The notes below the pieces were generated by a model. That model had not been told where the DNA came from. It worked only from the letters and a program-made list of their open reading frames with translations, and made no database searches. Source: a virus. Taken from it: a stretch of DNA of 64,000 nucleotides. The position numbers were made by a program, and so were the translations under genes. Positions within the stretch are counted from its first letter, which is position 1, and each line of letters starts with the position of its first letter. The stretch lies in the IMG/VR virus record IMGVR_UViG_3300025151_000018, positions 1 to 64,000 of that record. One strand, written 5' to 3'. Of the stretch, positions 49,550-59,170 are shown one piece after another.

Positions 49550-52353
49550 ATATCAACTCCGTATTTATCTTCAAGGTGTTGTAGCACTATTTCATCTTGC
49601 TGATCTGTCATGCGTTTAGGGAATACCATAATCTCATGCACTATGAAACCGGGCGGTGCTAAGTCTGTCAAGGTCGGTGTCGGACCGGAATGTAGCATTT
49701 TACCAAACATTTCAAATCCAGAATCTATTGGATTCGCATGATCGAACATCAATGGCGAAGTTGGTGTATATCCGTTTATGTTAGTATGTCCTTTAGCAAA
49801 GGAAAGACCCGATTTGAACATACCATATTCAATCATGTTATTGCTCTGGTCTATTCTAATTGACAGTATATGAGGGTCGCCTTCTGTTGGTTTTACACTT
49901 GCGATAGGGCTACCTATGCCATCAACATCAACTGAAAACTGTGTGCCAGCCGTATTGATTCTAATGTCTATGTTTTGATTACCTGCACTATGAAGAAGCG
50001 GGAAAGAGTTTGACCCATCATACTTTGGAGTTATGACATAATAGAAAGTCCAATTACCATCAGTAGCATCTTCACCATTTATTGTTGAAATAGGCGAACC
50101 TGTGCTTGGGTCTAAGTTGAATGGCATTGGAGTTATCCCATTTACCGTTGGGATTCTAACTGTTGTTCCATTTACAAACGATGAGCCACCATAATAGAAT
50201 TGCCCTGCTGGATAACTCGGTGCTACTGTCGGTGATGAAATTGTCGGTGAACCACCCGGCAAGTTTGACGGCCCATGAGTTTGATACAGACTTCTAATGG
50301 CTTCTAACCCCGATCTGCCTCTAACATTATCGCACACCTTCTTGAATTTCCAACCATCTCCCCAACCAAATAACGCATAATTTTCGTCAGATGTTAATTG
50401 TGTTGATGGTGCTTTATTTCTCCACCAATGAACAACCATTCCATCAAATTTAGCGATTTGACCGTTTGCTTGGTATAATGTATTGAAGTCATTTGCATCA
50501 TACCATAATGCCAAATCCTCAACAAACGGTGGTTGTTCAGCCAATGACTGTGATGGTTGCCCCTGTGCAAACATATTGTTGGCTAATCGTGATTTGGGTG
50601 CAAACCAATAGGCATGGTTGCCATTACCACTAACATCACTAAATCTTTGCGATTGCGTGAACCTTGCCCTTGTGTATTGTCCTCTTGGTCTTGTTAATTG
50701 CCCTGCGACAGAGGCATCGGTTTGCTCTGTGCCGGGGTCTATCGTTAAATCTCCATTTCCTAACACAAACCACACAGGAGTATCATCGGGGTGTTCAAAC
50801 AAGAACCCCTGTGTTTTAGGCTCATTTGCTACTAAACCTGTTGCGGGGTCAGATGATAGAATTGTGCTTTGTATGACGACACATGGTGGCCTATTGACAT
50901 AGCCACCTAACACATCACCAGCATTGTATGACTCATTGAAATTAAATTCTGGCCCTAAACCATAACCACCCGCCAAACCACCCTTGAAATCTATTGCTAC
51001 AATACGGACTCTTTCTATTGGGTTAGACATAGGATCTAAGTTAATCGCACCTGCGGTGTAAATGTCGTCATTCACCGTATCTGTCTGTGAAGCAAGAGGG
51101 CTTCTGTGTGTTCCTGTTATTGGGGATGTTCCTGATGCGTTAATTACTGCGTTTAATGGTGAAATGTGGATAGCCTTGTCAAAGTATGATGCCTTTGTCA
51201 ATTCATTTGACAAATCAAGAATACCAGACTCCCACCACGATTGCAACGGCAATTCTTCAACAGGGATATTTAGAAGATAAGATGCTAATTTTTCATAAGC
51301 CGAAGGTTGCCTTGGGTCAATAGGACTTTCTAAAGAATCTCTGATTCTAAACCAACCATATTGATTACCTGCTGATAATGTTAGTGGATCAGCAGCACCT
51401 GCAACGGTAGCACCCGATGGTGCTATGCTATTGAAGTCATAACCCAAACAAACCATAGGTAAAGGCATCAACCCCTCTGATTTTTCACGCACCGCACCAT
51501 CTTTACCAGATGATGGGTGCAATGGGTTTTTGTTGTTATAGAAATACACTTCTGGTATATCTATTTCATCTTCAAAATTCCATAGACCTGCGGTTTCGCT
51601 TGTTTTTGTTAGTGGTCTTAGCATTGGATCTATGACTCCCCTACTAACCCTAACGCTTTCTATTACGCCTCTAAATTCTCCACCCATGCCACCTATGAAT
51701 ACATCAGATGAAAATGAACGGACAATCCTATCCTCTCCGCCAAAATCAATTTCGCCAACTAAATCCATGTTAATGTATATTCTCATTTTTTGGCGGGTGA
51801 ATTGTGCATTTACATACAACAATTCTCTTTGAGGGAGAGTCAAATCCTCTGGTCTATACTTTGAATATGATTCATTCATCCCATCTATAACCATAGCACC
51901 TGAATATACATCATATTTATTGGCATTGGTGCTACCGAATGCGGGGTATGATGTGGTTGAAACAACCCTCTGGCTTTCTTCTTCTCCGTTTGGTGATAAA
52001 GTATGCACATCAAAGATGGCTCGCCCTTTATTTCTAACATCACCCACCTTCAAGGTATAGCAATTGGGTTTGTGTAATACAACACCACCCATGTCAGGAA
52101 TAATGTATGCTTCAATAGTGAATGCACCTATCATGTTATTCAATGTATTACCCTCATTAGGAATGTGATACATACCTATTTTGGTTTGATTGCTCTCATA
52201 ACTCTGTGTTGCATTTGCAGCCCCTGTTTTTTCTGGGTGATCAGGTGAAAACATATCAACACCAGACTCTGCAAAAGAGCCTGTTGGCACTACCATCCCA
52301 TCAGTATAACCATTTAGGCGAACCGCTTGTGAAAAATGAGAGCGAATAGGCAA
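49546..52353 (-). CDS. Tail protein with LamG-like domains
   Basis: FTIEAYI...FRGVIESVRVS; LALWYDAND...IVHEIMVFPKRMT. Confidence 0.7.
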   Translation of the reverse strand: MPIRSHFSQAVRLNGYTDGMVVPTGSFAESGVDMFSPDHPEKTGAANATQSYESNQTKIGMYHIPNEGNTLNNMIGAFTIEAYIIPDMGGVVLHKPNCYTLKVGDVRNKGRAIFDVHTLSPNGEEESQRVVSTTSYPAFGSTNANKYDVYSGAMVIDGMNESYSKYRPEDLTLPQRELLYVNAQFTRQKMRIYINMDLVGEIDFGGEDRIVRSFSSDVFIGGMGGEFRGVIESVRVSRGVIDPMLRPLTKTSETAGLWNFEDEIDIPEVYFYNNKNPLHPSSGKDGAVREKSEGLMPLPMVCLGYDFNSIAPSGATVAGAADPLTLSAGNQYGWFRIRDSLESPIDPRQPSAYEKLASYLLNIPVEELPLQSWWESGILDLSNELTKASYFDKAIHISPLNAVINASGTSPITGTHRSPLASQTDTVNDDIYTAGAINLDPMSNPIERVRIVAIDFKGGLAGGYGLGPEFNFNESYNAGDVLGGYVNRPPCVVIQSTILSSDPATGLVANEPKTQGFLFEHPDDTPVWFVLGNGDLTIDPGTEQTDASVAGQLTRPRGQYTRARFTQSQRFSDVSGNGNHAYWFAPKSRLANNMFAQGQPSQSLAEQPPFVEDLALWYDANDFNTLYQANGQIAKFDGMVVHWWRNKAPSTQLTSDENYALFGWGDGWKFKKVCDNVRGRSGLEAIRSLYQTHGPSNLPGGSPTISSPTVAPSYPAGQFYYGGSSFVNGTTVRIPTVNGITPMPFNLDPSTGSPISTINGEDATDGNWTFYYVITPKYDGSNSFPLLHSAGNQNIDIRINTAGTQFSVDVDGIGSPIASVKPTEGDPHILSIRIDQSNNMIEYGMFKSGLSFAKGHTNINGYTPTSPLMFDHANPIDSGFEMFGKMLHSGPTPTLTDLAPPGFIVHEIMVFPKRMTDQQDEIVLQHLEDKYGVDI

Positions 52354-52357
52354 TGTA

Positions 52358-53614
52358 TCACAATCCTATGAGTTGTTCACAACAATTGAACCCTAAACTG
52401 TAAGTCCAAACAGAATCACCCGCTTGGTATGCAGGTTCAAATGTTTGAATTACACCAGATATAGCCACACCTTGCCGTAAGAACGGGTTAGGTCGGCTAA
52501 CATCACCGTTGCTATCAATCTCAACAGGGTCAAACGGTTCTAAATTGCTTTCCGATGGCATACTAACTCCCGGTCCTGATGGTATGATGAATTGCCTAAT
52601 TACTTCATCAGCACCCGTTGCCGTAATCATTGACTCATACGGTATTCTCATACCAACAATGTATTTTCTAACCGACTCCGCACCATCAATTCGTAGTAAT
52701 TTAGACAAATCAAAAGATGATAGTGCATCGGGCAACTCAATCAAGTCGCCTGTGAATGACTGTGGTGAAAAGAATCCACCCCCTGCTGAAACATTGACTG
52801 TCATATCAATTAGGTCTTGCAGTTTATCGCCCTTGCTTTTACGGCTACCTTCAACTCCCCCTGTGAAGTTTGAAATGAAGAACGGATTAGTCCAATCTCC
52901 TGTTGTTAGGTTTCCATGTCCTGACTTTACAATCCTAACATTACCATCGGCACTTCTTGTTATGTTTTCAAGAATTAGTTTCTCGTTCATTGGTGTGCCT
53001 ATGCCTTGTGATAGCGCACTTGTTGTTGCTGATCCTGTTGTTAATGTAATGTTAAAAAGTGATGTTGTCGCTTCTGTTGAAGAATTAACTCGGACAAGTG
53101 CAGCAGAGAAAGCGTTGTTAATTTGGGTCGCTATATCCCCTGTATGGTTAATTGTTCCTGTCAAATTGACGGGAATTATACTCTGTGCTGCTACTGTGGC
53201 TGCTGGCGGTGCGCTTTGGGAGTAAAAGATAAGCGTAATGTCCTCCCCAAGACCTGCTGATACCTGACCTGCTGATTGAAATTTGATAGTTTTACCATGT
53301 AATGCTGATACAATCTTTGCTATTGTGTCATTACCTATTGCCTTCTGTTGTTCAAACCAATTGGTAGCAATTGTAGTGGCACGAGATAGGTCTAACGCTG
53401 CTGACGCACCTGCTGCACCAGAGATATTGTCGTCATCTGTTAAAATGCCATTAACACCAATACTAACCATTGCTGCGTTTGTATCAAAACCGAGTCGCAT
53501 ACCCGCTAACGGAGGCGACCACACCGATGCACTTCTTGTGATAGAGAAGTTAATCGTTTCAGCCTCTAATTCAATAACCTGTCCGTCTTTGCGAATCAAC
53601 TGTATCATTGGCAT
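52358..53614 (-). CDS. Distal tail (Dit)-like protein with insertion
   Basis: Immediately follows the tape measure; GVIQTFEPAY...WTYSLGF end. Confidence 0.5.
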   Translation of the reverse strand: MPMIQLIRKDGQVIELEAETINFSITRSASVWSPPLAGMRLGFDTNAAMVSIGVNGILTDDDNISGAAGASAALDLSRATTIATNWFEQQKAIGNDTIAKIVSALHGKTIKFQSAGQVSAGLGEDITLIFYSQSAPPAATVAAQSIIPVNLTGTINHTGDIATQINNAFSAALVRVNSSTEATTSLFNITLTTGSATTSALSQGIGTPMNEKLILENITRSADGNVRIVKSGHGNLTTGDWTNPFFISNFTGGVEGSRKSKGDKLQDLIDMTVNVSAGGGFFSPQSFTGDLIELPDALSSFDLSKLLRIDGAESVRKYIVGMRIPYESMITATGADEVIRQFIIPSGPGVSMPSESNLEPFDPVEIDSNGDVSRPNPFLRQGVAISGVIQTFEPAYQAGDSVWTYSLGFNCCEQLIGL

Positions 53615-53617
53615 TCA

Positions 53618-55348
53618 TTAGACCCCCCTTGTATAACTGCCACCACGAGATCGTGTTCGCATGACCCTCGCAACTTCTTCTGAAATCTGTCTTGCTAACT
53701 TGCGACCATCACCGTTAGCACCATTAACTGTGATATTGATGTTGGTGTCGCCACCACCCCCGCCAGCCATACCCTTCATTACCACAGGAATACTGCGACC
53801 ATCAGGCAATGGCACTATCGCTTCTGTGCCATGCAATTCAACAGGGTAGCCAGACTGTGGCCCTGATGCAATACCACCCTTCTTGAATTTCCATGATTTG
53901 TAATTGATTGTTGGTATATTAACACCGGGTATCTTGTTTGCTAATTTGATACCTGCGTTGATACCTTTCCATAGTGGTGATGTGAAATCAATCAAAGCAT
54001 TGACGGCTTTCGCTGCAAATCCTTTCATTCTATCCCAACCTTTACCCCACATGCCGACAATACCATTCCACAATTCTTTCGCTTTCTCTGTATTTCCTGT
54101 CAAAAGAGCCATAACTATTCTTGATACTCTGATAACAGTCCTAACGATTAGCAAGATCGGTGTTAGAATAAAGCCAAGTGCGTTTAGCAAATACATCCAA
54201 TACGGTTTGATATATGGATAAATCCAACCTATTATCTTGATTACAATACCTATGATGAATCCAGCGACATGAAGTATAACACCGATAAATTCACCAGCCC
54301 ACGCAATTAACTCGCCTAAGAACTCAAATATACCAGAACTAACCAAGAAGTCAAGCAGTATATTCCACCATTCCATAATTTCATTCACTATATCATCAAA
54401 GGTCACGCCCATATCATCAAATGCACCTGTTATGTTGTCAAATACGGCAACAACGCCATCCCAAATAGACATAACTGCATCAACTATTGCTTGCACTATA
54501 CCTGCTTCAACAATAGCGGTAATCAAACCAAATATCATCTCATAAATCATATTGTAGTATGTGAAGAACAATTCAACAACTGCGGTCATGCCATCAGTAA
54601 TGCCACCAAAGAATGATTCAGAGTCAATTTCTGGTAGCACTACATTTGCCTTGAGAGTTTCCCAAAGACCAGACATTCTTCCGGTTTGGTTGTCAAATAA
54701 ATCTCCCATACCTGTCGTTGCTGCTGAAAACACCGGGCCAAATGTTTCGCTTGCTTTAGTGCCAATACTACCTAAGCCACCCTTTATCTTATCAAACGGT
54801 ATTTTGTCTAAAGCACCCTTTACCTTATCAACGGCTGATTGAACAAAGCCAAAGGCATCACCAACCACAGGTAAATCTTCAAGCCAAGCCCGAAGTTTCC
54901 CACCCCCTTGATCTAACGATGCAACAAGAATCATCAACACCGCACTAAATGAAAATATCAAACCAACCATCGTCAATACTGTGCCAACAATGCCCGTTAG
55001 CAGTTTTTTGAACATACCAGCAGTAGCCACAACAGGGGTCAAGACCGCACCAAAAACACCAACAGTCTTTACAAAAGTGTTGAGGGTTTTATCAGCAGCA
55101 CCGCTTTTCTTGTCAAGATGTTCCATTGATTGCACACCAGCATCACCCGATGAGATAAATTTGCTCTTTACGCTCTCTAATGAGAACCCTAATTTGATGT
55201 ATGTATCATACAAAGGACCGAGAAACTTCATCATTACACGATGCTTATCTGGTAATATGGTTAATTGATCGCCATACTGTTGCAGGGTCTTGATATGTTC
55301 AGCGAACTGATAGTCCATACCAGCAATAGTTTTGCCACCCTTAGCCAT
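53618..55348 (-). CDS. Tail tape measure protein
   Basis: Amphipathic W/F-spaced helices; C-terminal KKGGIASGP...ELHGTEAIVPL...NINITVNG. Confidence 0.85.
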   Translation of the reverse strand: MAKGGKTIAGMDYQFAEHIKTLQQYGDQLTILPDKHRVMMKFLGPLYDTYIKLGFSLESVKSKFISSGDAGVQSMEHLDKKSGAADKTLNTFVKTVGVFGAVLTPVVATAGMFKKLLTGIVGTVLTMVGLIFSFSAVLMILVASLDQGGGKLRAWLEDLPVVGDAFGFVQSAVDKVKGALDKIPFDKIKGGLGSIGTKASETFGPVFSAATTGMGDLFDNQTGRMSGLWETLKANVVLPEIDSESFFGGITDGMTAVVELFFTYYNMIYEMIFGLITAIVEAGIVQAIVDAVMSIWDGVVAVFDNITGAFDDMGVTFDDIVNEIMEWWNILLDFLVSSGIFEFLGELIAWAGEFIGVILHVAGFIIGIVIKIIGWIYPYIKPYWMYLLNALGFILTPILLIVRTVIRVSRIVMALLTGNTEKAKELWNGIVGMWGKGWDRMKGFAAKAVNALIDFTSPLWKGINAGIKLANKIPGVNIPTINYKSWKFKKGGIASGPQSGYPVELHGTEAIVPLPDGRSIPVVMKGMAGGGGGDTNINITVNGANGDGRKLARQISEEVARVMRTRSRGGSYTRGV

Positions 55349-55685
55349 TATCTTTCAACCTCGCATTCATCTTCTCAAAGAAATCAGTATCGCTTGTAGT
55401 CTTAACTGCTCTCCCCTTTGTAGCACCCATATCTTGTTCACGCTTCAATTTATCCAACATTTCAGCCTCTTTTTCCCGATATGCGGTCATCATTAGATAA
55501 TCCAAGATGACCCGTTCAGGGGGTTGGCTATCCCAAGCGTGGGGAGGACACTTGAAAAACTGTCCTAAGAAAAATGTGATAATAGACTGACCTAAGTATG
55601 TTGCTTTGCCTATGGGTATGTCTATATCGCCCTCTCCGTCATAGGAAATGAATGCTTCTATGTCGTCAAGGGTTATGCCAAAGGG
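55341..55685 (-). CDS. Tail assembly chaperone C-terminal extension (gpT-like), reached by -1 frameshift
   Basis: 115 codons including the stop, no early start codon: PFGITLDDIEAF...CPPHAWDSQPPERVILDY...NARLKDNG*; begins at the slippery site. Confidence 0.8.
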   Translation of the reverse strand, partial: PFGITLDDIEAFISYDGEGDIDIPIGKATYLGQSIITFFLGQFFKCPPHAWDSQPPERVILDYLMMTAYREKEAEMLDKLKREQDMGATKGRAVKTTSDTDFFEKMNARLKDNG

Positions 55686-56050
55686 CCTGTAATTCCACCT
55701 TGCATTCCCTCCATGAGAGTATCAAACGATGGCAACAATTTCTGTATTTCCTGTGCAATCTCTGGTTTTAGAGTCAGCAATTGCTTTGCGGTTAGAGATG
55801 GTTCTGACTTAGTGATGCACTTAGTGAATACAAACTTCCAAAATCCACCAAAATCAATTTGGGGAATCATATTACCATCACCGTCATTCTTCAAACCGAC
55901 AAATTGACTTAGTGCCTCTTGCCTTTCAATCCAAGTTAGATCCTTTATCCATACGGATAATTCACCAAACTCGGTGTCAATAGTGTGTTGCTCTGAATTA
56001 TTGTCAATTAGTAAATCATTCACTTGTGCTTTCTCCGCCATTACCTTCAC
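55673..56050 (-). CDS. Tail assembly chaperone (gpG-like)
   Basis: Position between tail tube and tape measure; IKDLTWIERQ; slippery end. Confidence 0.75.
   Translation of the reverse strand: MKVMAEKAQVNDLLIDNNSEQHTIDTEFGELSVWIKDLTWIERQEALSQFVGLKNDGDGNMIPQIDFGGFWKFVFTKCITKSEPSLTAKQLLTLKPEIAQEIQKLLPSFDTLMEGMQGGITGPLA
55679..55685 (-). promoter_or_regulatory. -1 programmed ribosomal frameshift heptamer C CCU UUG
   Basis: X XXY YYZ in the correct phase, one codon before the chaperone stop. Confidence 0.8.
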
Positions 56051-56402
56051 CTTCTTCTGTGGTTGGCTCTGCTACTGCTTCTTCAACCACTTCAACCTCT
56101 GGTGCGGTTAAGCGAGCCAACAGGTCAGCCTTTGTGCCTGTTGTCGCTAAACCTCTTGTGCTGCATTCAACTTGCAATTCTGTCTTATTCATGTCCTCAA
56201 AGGACTTTGGTTCAACAGGTGCGGGTGCATCCACAGGTGTTTCAGGTGTCGGGGTCGGAGAAGGCTCAAGGATTGCTTCACGGACAACAACAATACCTGC
56301 ACTACTTAGTCCAGCACCTTCAATAATGCCTTTCTCTGTAATAGTCCAATCTAATGCTGCTCTTGTTCCGTTAATTTCCACATGCCCTGTTAGCCTTGCC
56401 AT
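56016..56402 (-). CDS. SAP-domain protein
   Basis: FEDMNKTELQVECSTRGLATTGTKADLLARL is a canonical SAP motif. Confidence 0.8.
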   Translation of the reverse strand: MARLTGHVEINGTRAALDWTITEKGIIEGAGLSSAGIVVVREAILEPSPTPTPETPVDAPAPVEPKSFEDMNKTELQVECSTRGLATTGTKADLLARLTAPEVEVVEEAVAEPTTEEGEGNGGESTSE

Positions 56403-56449
56403 TCATATCACCCCTGTCATCTATATCTAATAAACTTAATTCACTAATT

Positions 56450-56902
56450 CTAATTCCATACCGTTGATTCGCCATCTTCATCATAAGACCAACCGGGTTC
56501 ATTCCAACATTCTTGGCATAGACCATTACGGCATTCCGCCTGTTGTTCACAGTCATTACACCAATCATCTTCAATTTCCCATTTTAAGGCTTCTTCCGGC
56601 CAGCCATCTTCATCATCATCTGGCTCTCGTAGCATATCCGCACCCGGTCCTGCTTTCATGCGTTGTGATAATTCTTCGTAGTTATCCATCCATGAACCAA
56701 CGATAGCCTGTGCTTCTCGCTTATCAATACCTATTTTTTCCAATTCCATTGGCGCACCGAACATATTGATGCGCCCAGATGCTTGCAGATCAAAGAGAAG
56801 TTGATACCATCTATCCCATTCAGGGTTAATAGGTGTGTTTTTCAAAATAGACCACCCACGAGAAAGTGCCTTCTTCAAAACATCTGTGTCTTTCATCATC
56901 AA
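56450..56902 (-). CDS. Hypothetical protein with DUF5049-like core and C-terminal Cys cluster
   Basis: LQASGRINMFGA...WM; GWSILK near the N-terminus; CNDC...CQEC. Confidence 0.55.
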   Translation of the reverse strand: MMMKDTDVLKKALSRGWSILKNTPINPEWDRWYQLLFDLQASGRINMFGAPMELEKIGIDKREAQAIVGSWMDNYEELSQRMKAGPGADMLREPDDDEDGWPEEALKWEIEDDWCNDCEQQAECRNGLCQECWNEPGWSYDEDGESTVWN

Positions 56903-56906
56903 TCCC

Positions 56907-59159
56907 TCAATAAATAAAGTATGGGCTTGTTTCTGTCGCCTTCATGTGCCTAATTGCAAACTCAACCTCTGCGGTCACAGGCCCTTTGTCATCGGGCAAC
57001 GGGTGATTAGCCTTCAATACAGTATAGTCCTCAATTGTGATGAGAGCATTCTGGCGTGTGCTTGCCGAACCCGGTTTGAATAGTGTCATAGTAATGTCGT
57101 TAGTGTTGATGTGGTGCTTTCTCTGTCGCAATTCATCAAACCATCGGCTATCTTCAACTAATGCACTAAACTTGAATGTGTATTCTCTTGCTGCCTCTGT
57201 GATTTCAGAAGAGTATTGTGTTGCAGCCTCTTGCACCTGATCGCCAGCAGCATAACTGCCGTCTGTTCCTTTGATATACCATCGGGCGGTGTTAGAGTTG
57301 CTAATACCCAATTCAGCACTAATAGCCCTTAGCAAAGGTGCGCCAAAGGCTTGCATACTCACATGCTGAAACAAATACGGCTTCTCGCCATTTACTGCGA
57401 TACCAGACACCCTGCGATTTACATGGGTGTTTGCAGTATTTTCAAACATACGGTGCGGATTGATGAATGTATCTTGAGTATCACTATACATTCGCCCTGC
57501 TTCATAATCTCCGCTAATCTTTACTTCACCTTCGCTATCGGCTTTGAATGTGAAAGCATTGATTTTACAACCAGAATACACCCTTAGCATTTGATTAGCA
57601 CCGGGTGTAGTGTCTGTGGATCTAAATGATTGCTCAATACTAAATGTTGGCAAGTATGAATAGCCAAAGAAGTTATGCTCAACACCATACTTCAACTCGT
57701 TTGTAGTGTCAATGATGGCAGGTGAACCTCTCTCCCATGTTGTTCCGTTGGTGGTGTCATAGGTGTATGCCATTCTTTCAACACCACATGATGTAGCGGT
57801 GTGTCCGAATAGGAATGGTTCTTCAACATAAACATAAGCAGCATCACCGCCAGCAGCCGTTCCAACCGCCAAAATCCTACGGATTTCATGCTTGTTTAGT
57901 GTTGGTGCGCTAACATCAGCACCGGGAATTTGAACGGTATCTTTGTCAAAGATTTGTATGTATTCCCCTGCGGTAAATTTGGCTGCGATTGTTGCGCCCA
58001 AGTTTATTCTCAAATCACCTGCAACTACATCGGCAGCAGGGCCAGCGAGAATGTGAATAGGAACATTGACTGTTTGCGCTCTTGCTAATGCGCCAGAATC
58101 TATGTCTGTGCAACCTGTAAATTCAGCAGCACCGCCATAAGCACCGTAATGTCCGAGCAATGGTAGCCCATCTGTTGAAAGAACCTTGAATATGCCACCA
58201 CCTGTCGCTACGACATCAAAGTTAGCGGTTGCAGTATCTGTGGTTGTAATTGCTAATAGTGTATCAGCAACGCTCAAAGAACCTATCAATACATCTTTAT
58301 CAACTGTGCTACCCAATCCTGTAAGTGTTGAAAATCCTGTTGGTGAATCATTTGTTGTTGTTGTAATGGTGGTATCAATTGTGTTTGTTCCAAATTCCTG
58401 TGCTGCAAGGTTTTTACTTGTTTGACCGTCTTTCAAGTTTAATGGTAAAGCACCCAAGATTGTATTGGCTGATGAAACATGAGAGTATTCACCCATGCCC
58501 TTTGCAGTATGTCCTCCAAGAGCGTATTTCATAAATCTCAAAGAATGTGCGTTTAGATCGTATGCACCACCACCAAGTGTTTCCTTGCCACTTGTTAGGA
58601 CATTGACATCACGCCCCATGCCTACAATGTGTTGCTTTCTAACATCAATCTCGGACTCTGGTAATGAGAATGAGTTAAGCAATCCTAAGAATTGGTCGGC
58701 TTTGATTCGCTCGCTTGTGCCAGCAGCACAGTCAGAGTCAAAGGTTGGCATACGCAATCCATTGATTACAAAGTAATCGTCAGCGTGTCCGGGGTTGTCA
58801 GCCGATACAAGTCTTGGTTGAATTGTAATTGTTGTGTCATCATTTGCCGTGATAGTGAAACTTCTGTATGTTGAAGCGTAATTATCATTTGCATGGTTTT
58901 GGGAAGCATAAAAGCGAAGTGAAGCACCAACAAGCATATTGTTTGGCACTTTCATCTTTCCATCGGTATGAACCCAATACATACCTTCACCGATTGTGAT
59001 TGTTGATGTGTTTGCGGTTGGCCCTACTTTGGTAGTTTTCCACCCATCGGTTGCGGTTGTTCCATCAACCCATGTTCCTGTTCCTTGTCCTACTAATCCT
59101 GTTTCCTTCGCCATAGAAACTTCGGCTAAATCTCCCTTGAATACTTGGTTTGTCGGCAT
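56907..59159 (-). CDS. Major tail tube protein with large decorating insertion
   Basis: MPTNQVFKGDLAEV; PTFSIEQSF...RVYSGCKINAFTF tube-like segment; upstream of the chaperone. Confidence 0.7.
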   Translation of the reverse strand: MPTNQVFKGDLAEVSMAKETGLVGQGTGTWVDGTTATDGWKTTKVGPTANTSTITIGEGMYWVHTDGKMKVPNNMLVGASLRFYASQNHANDNYASTYRSFTITANDDTTITIQPRLVSADNPGHADDYFVINGLRMPTFDSDCAAGTSERIKADQFLGLLNSFSLPESEIDVRKQHIVGMGRDVNVLTSGKETLGGGAYDLNAHSLRFMKYALGGHTAKGMGEYSHVSSANTILGALPLNLKDGQTSKNLAAQEFGTNTIDTTITTTTNDSPTGFSTLTGLGSTVDKDVLIGSLSVADTLLAITTTDTATANFDVVATGGGIFKVLSTDGLPLLGHYGAYGGAAEFTGCTDIDSGALARAQTVNVPIHILAGPAADVVAGDLRINLGATIAAKFTAGEYIQIFDKDTVQIPGADVSAPTLNKHEIRRILAVGTAAGGDAAYVYVEEPFLFGHTATSCGVERMAYTYDTTNGTTWERGSPAIIDTTNELKYGVEHNFFGYSYLPTFSIEQSFRSTDTTPGANQMLRVYSGCKINAFTFKADSEGEVKISGDYEAGRMYSDTQDTFINPHRMFENTANTHVNRRVSGIAVNGEKPYLFQHVSMQAFGAPLLRAISAELGISNSNTARWYIKGTDGSYAAGDQVQEAATQYSSEITEAAREYTFKFSALVEDSRWFDELRQRKHHINTNDITMTLFKPGSASTRQNALITIEDYTVLKANHPLPDDKGPVTAEVEFAIRHMKATETSPYFIY

Positions 59160-59170
59160 CTTTCATCATC

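Noticed and set aside
34460-52353. Diversity-generating retroelement acting on tail genes
   Set aside because: No reverse transcriptase and no template/variable repeat pair visible in this window
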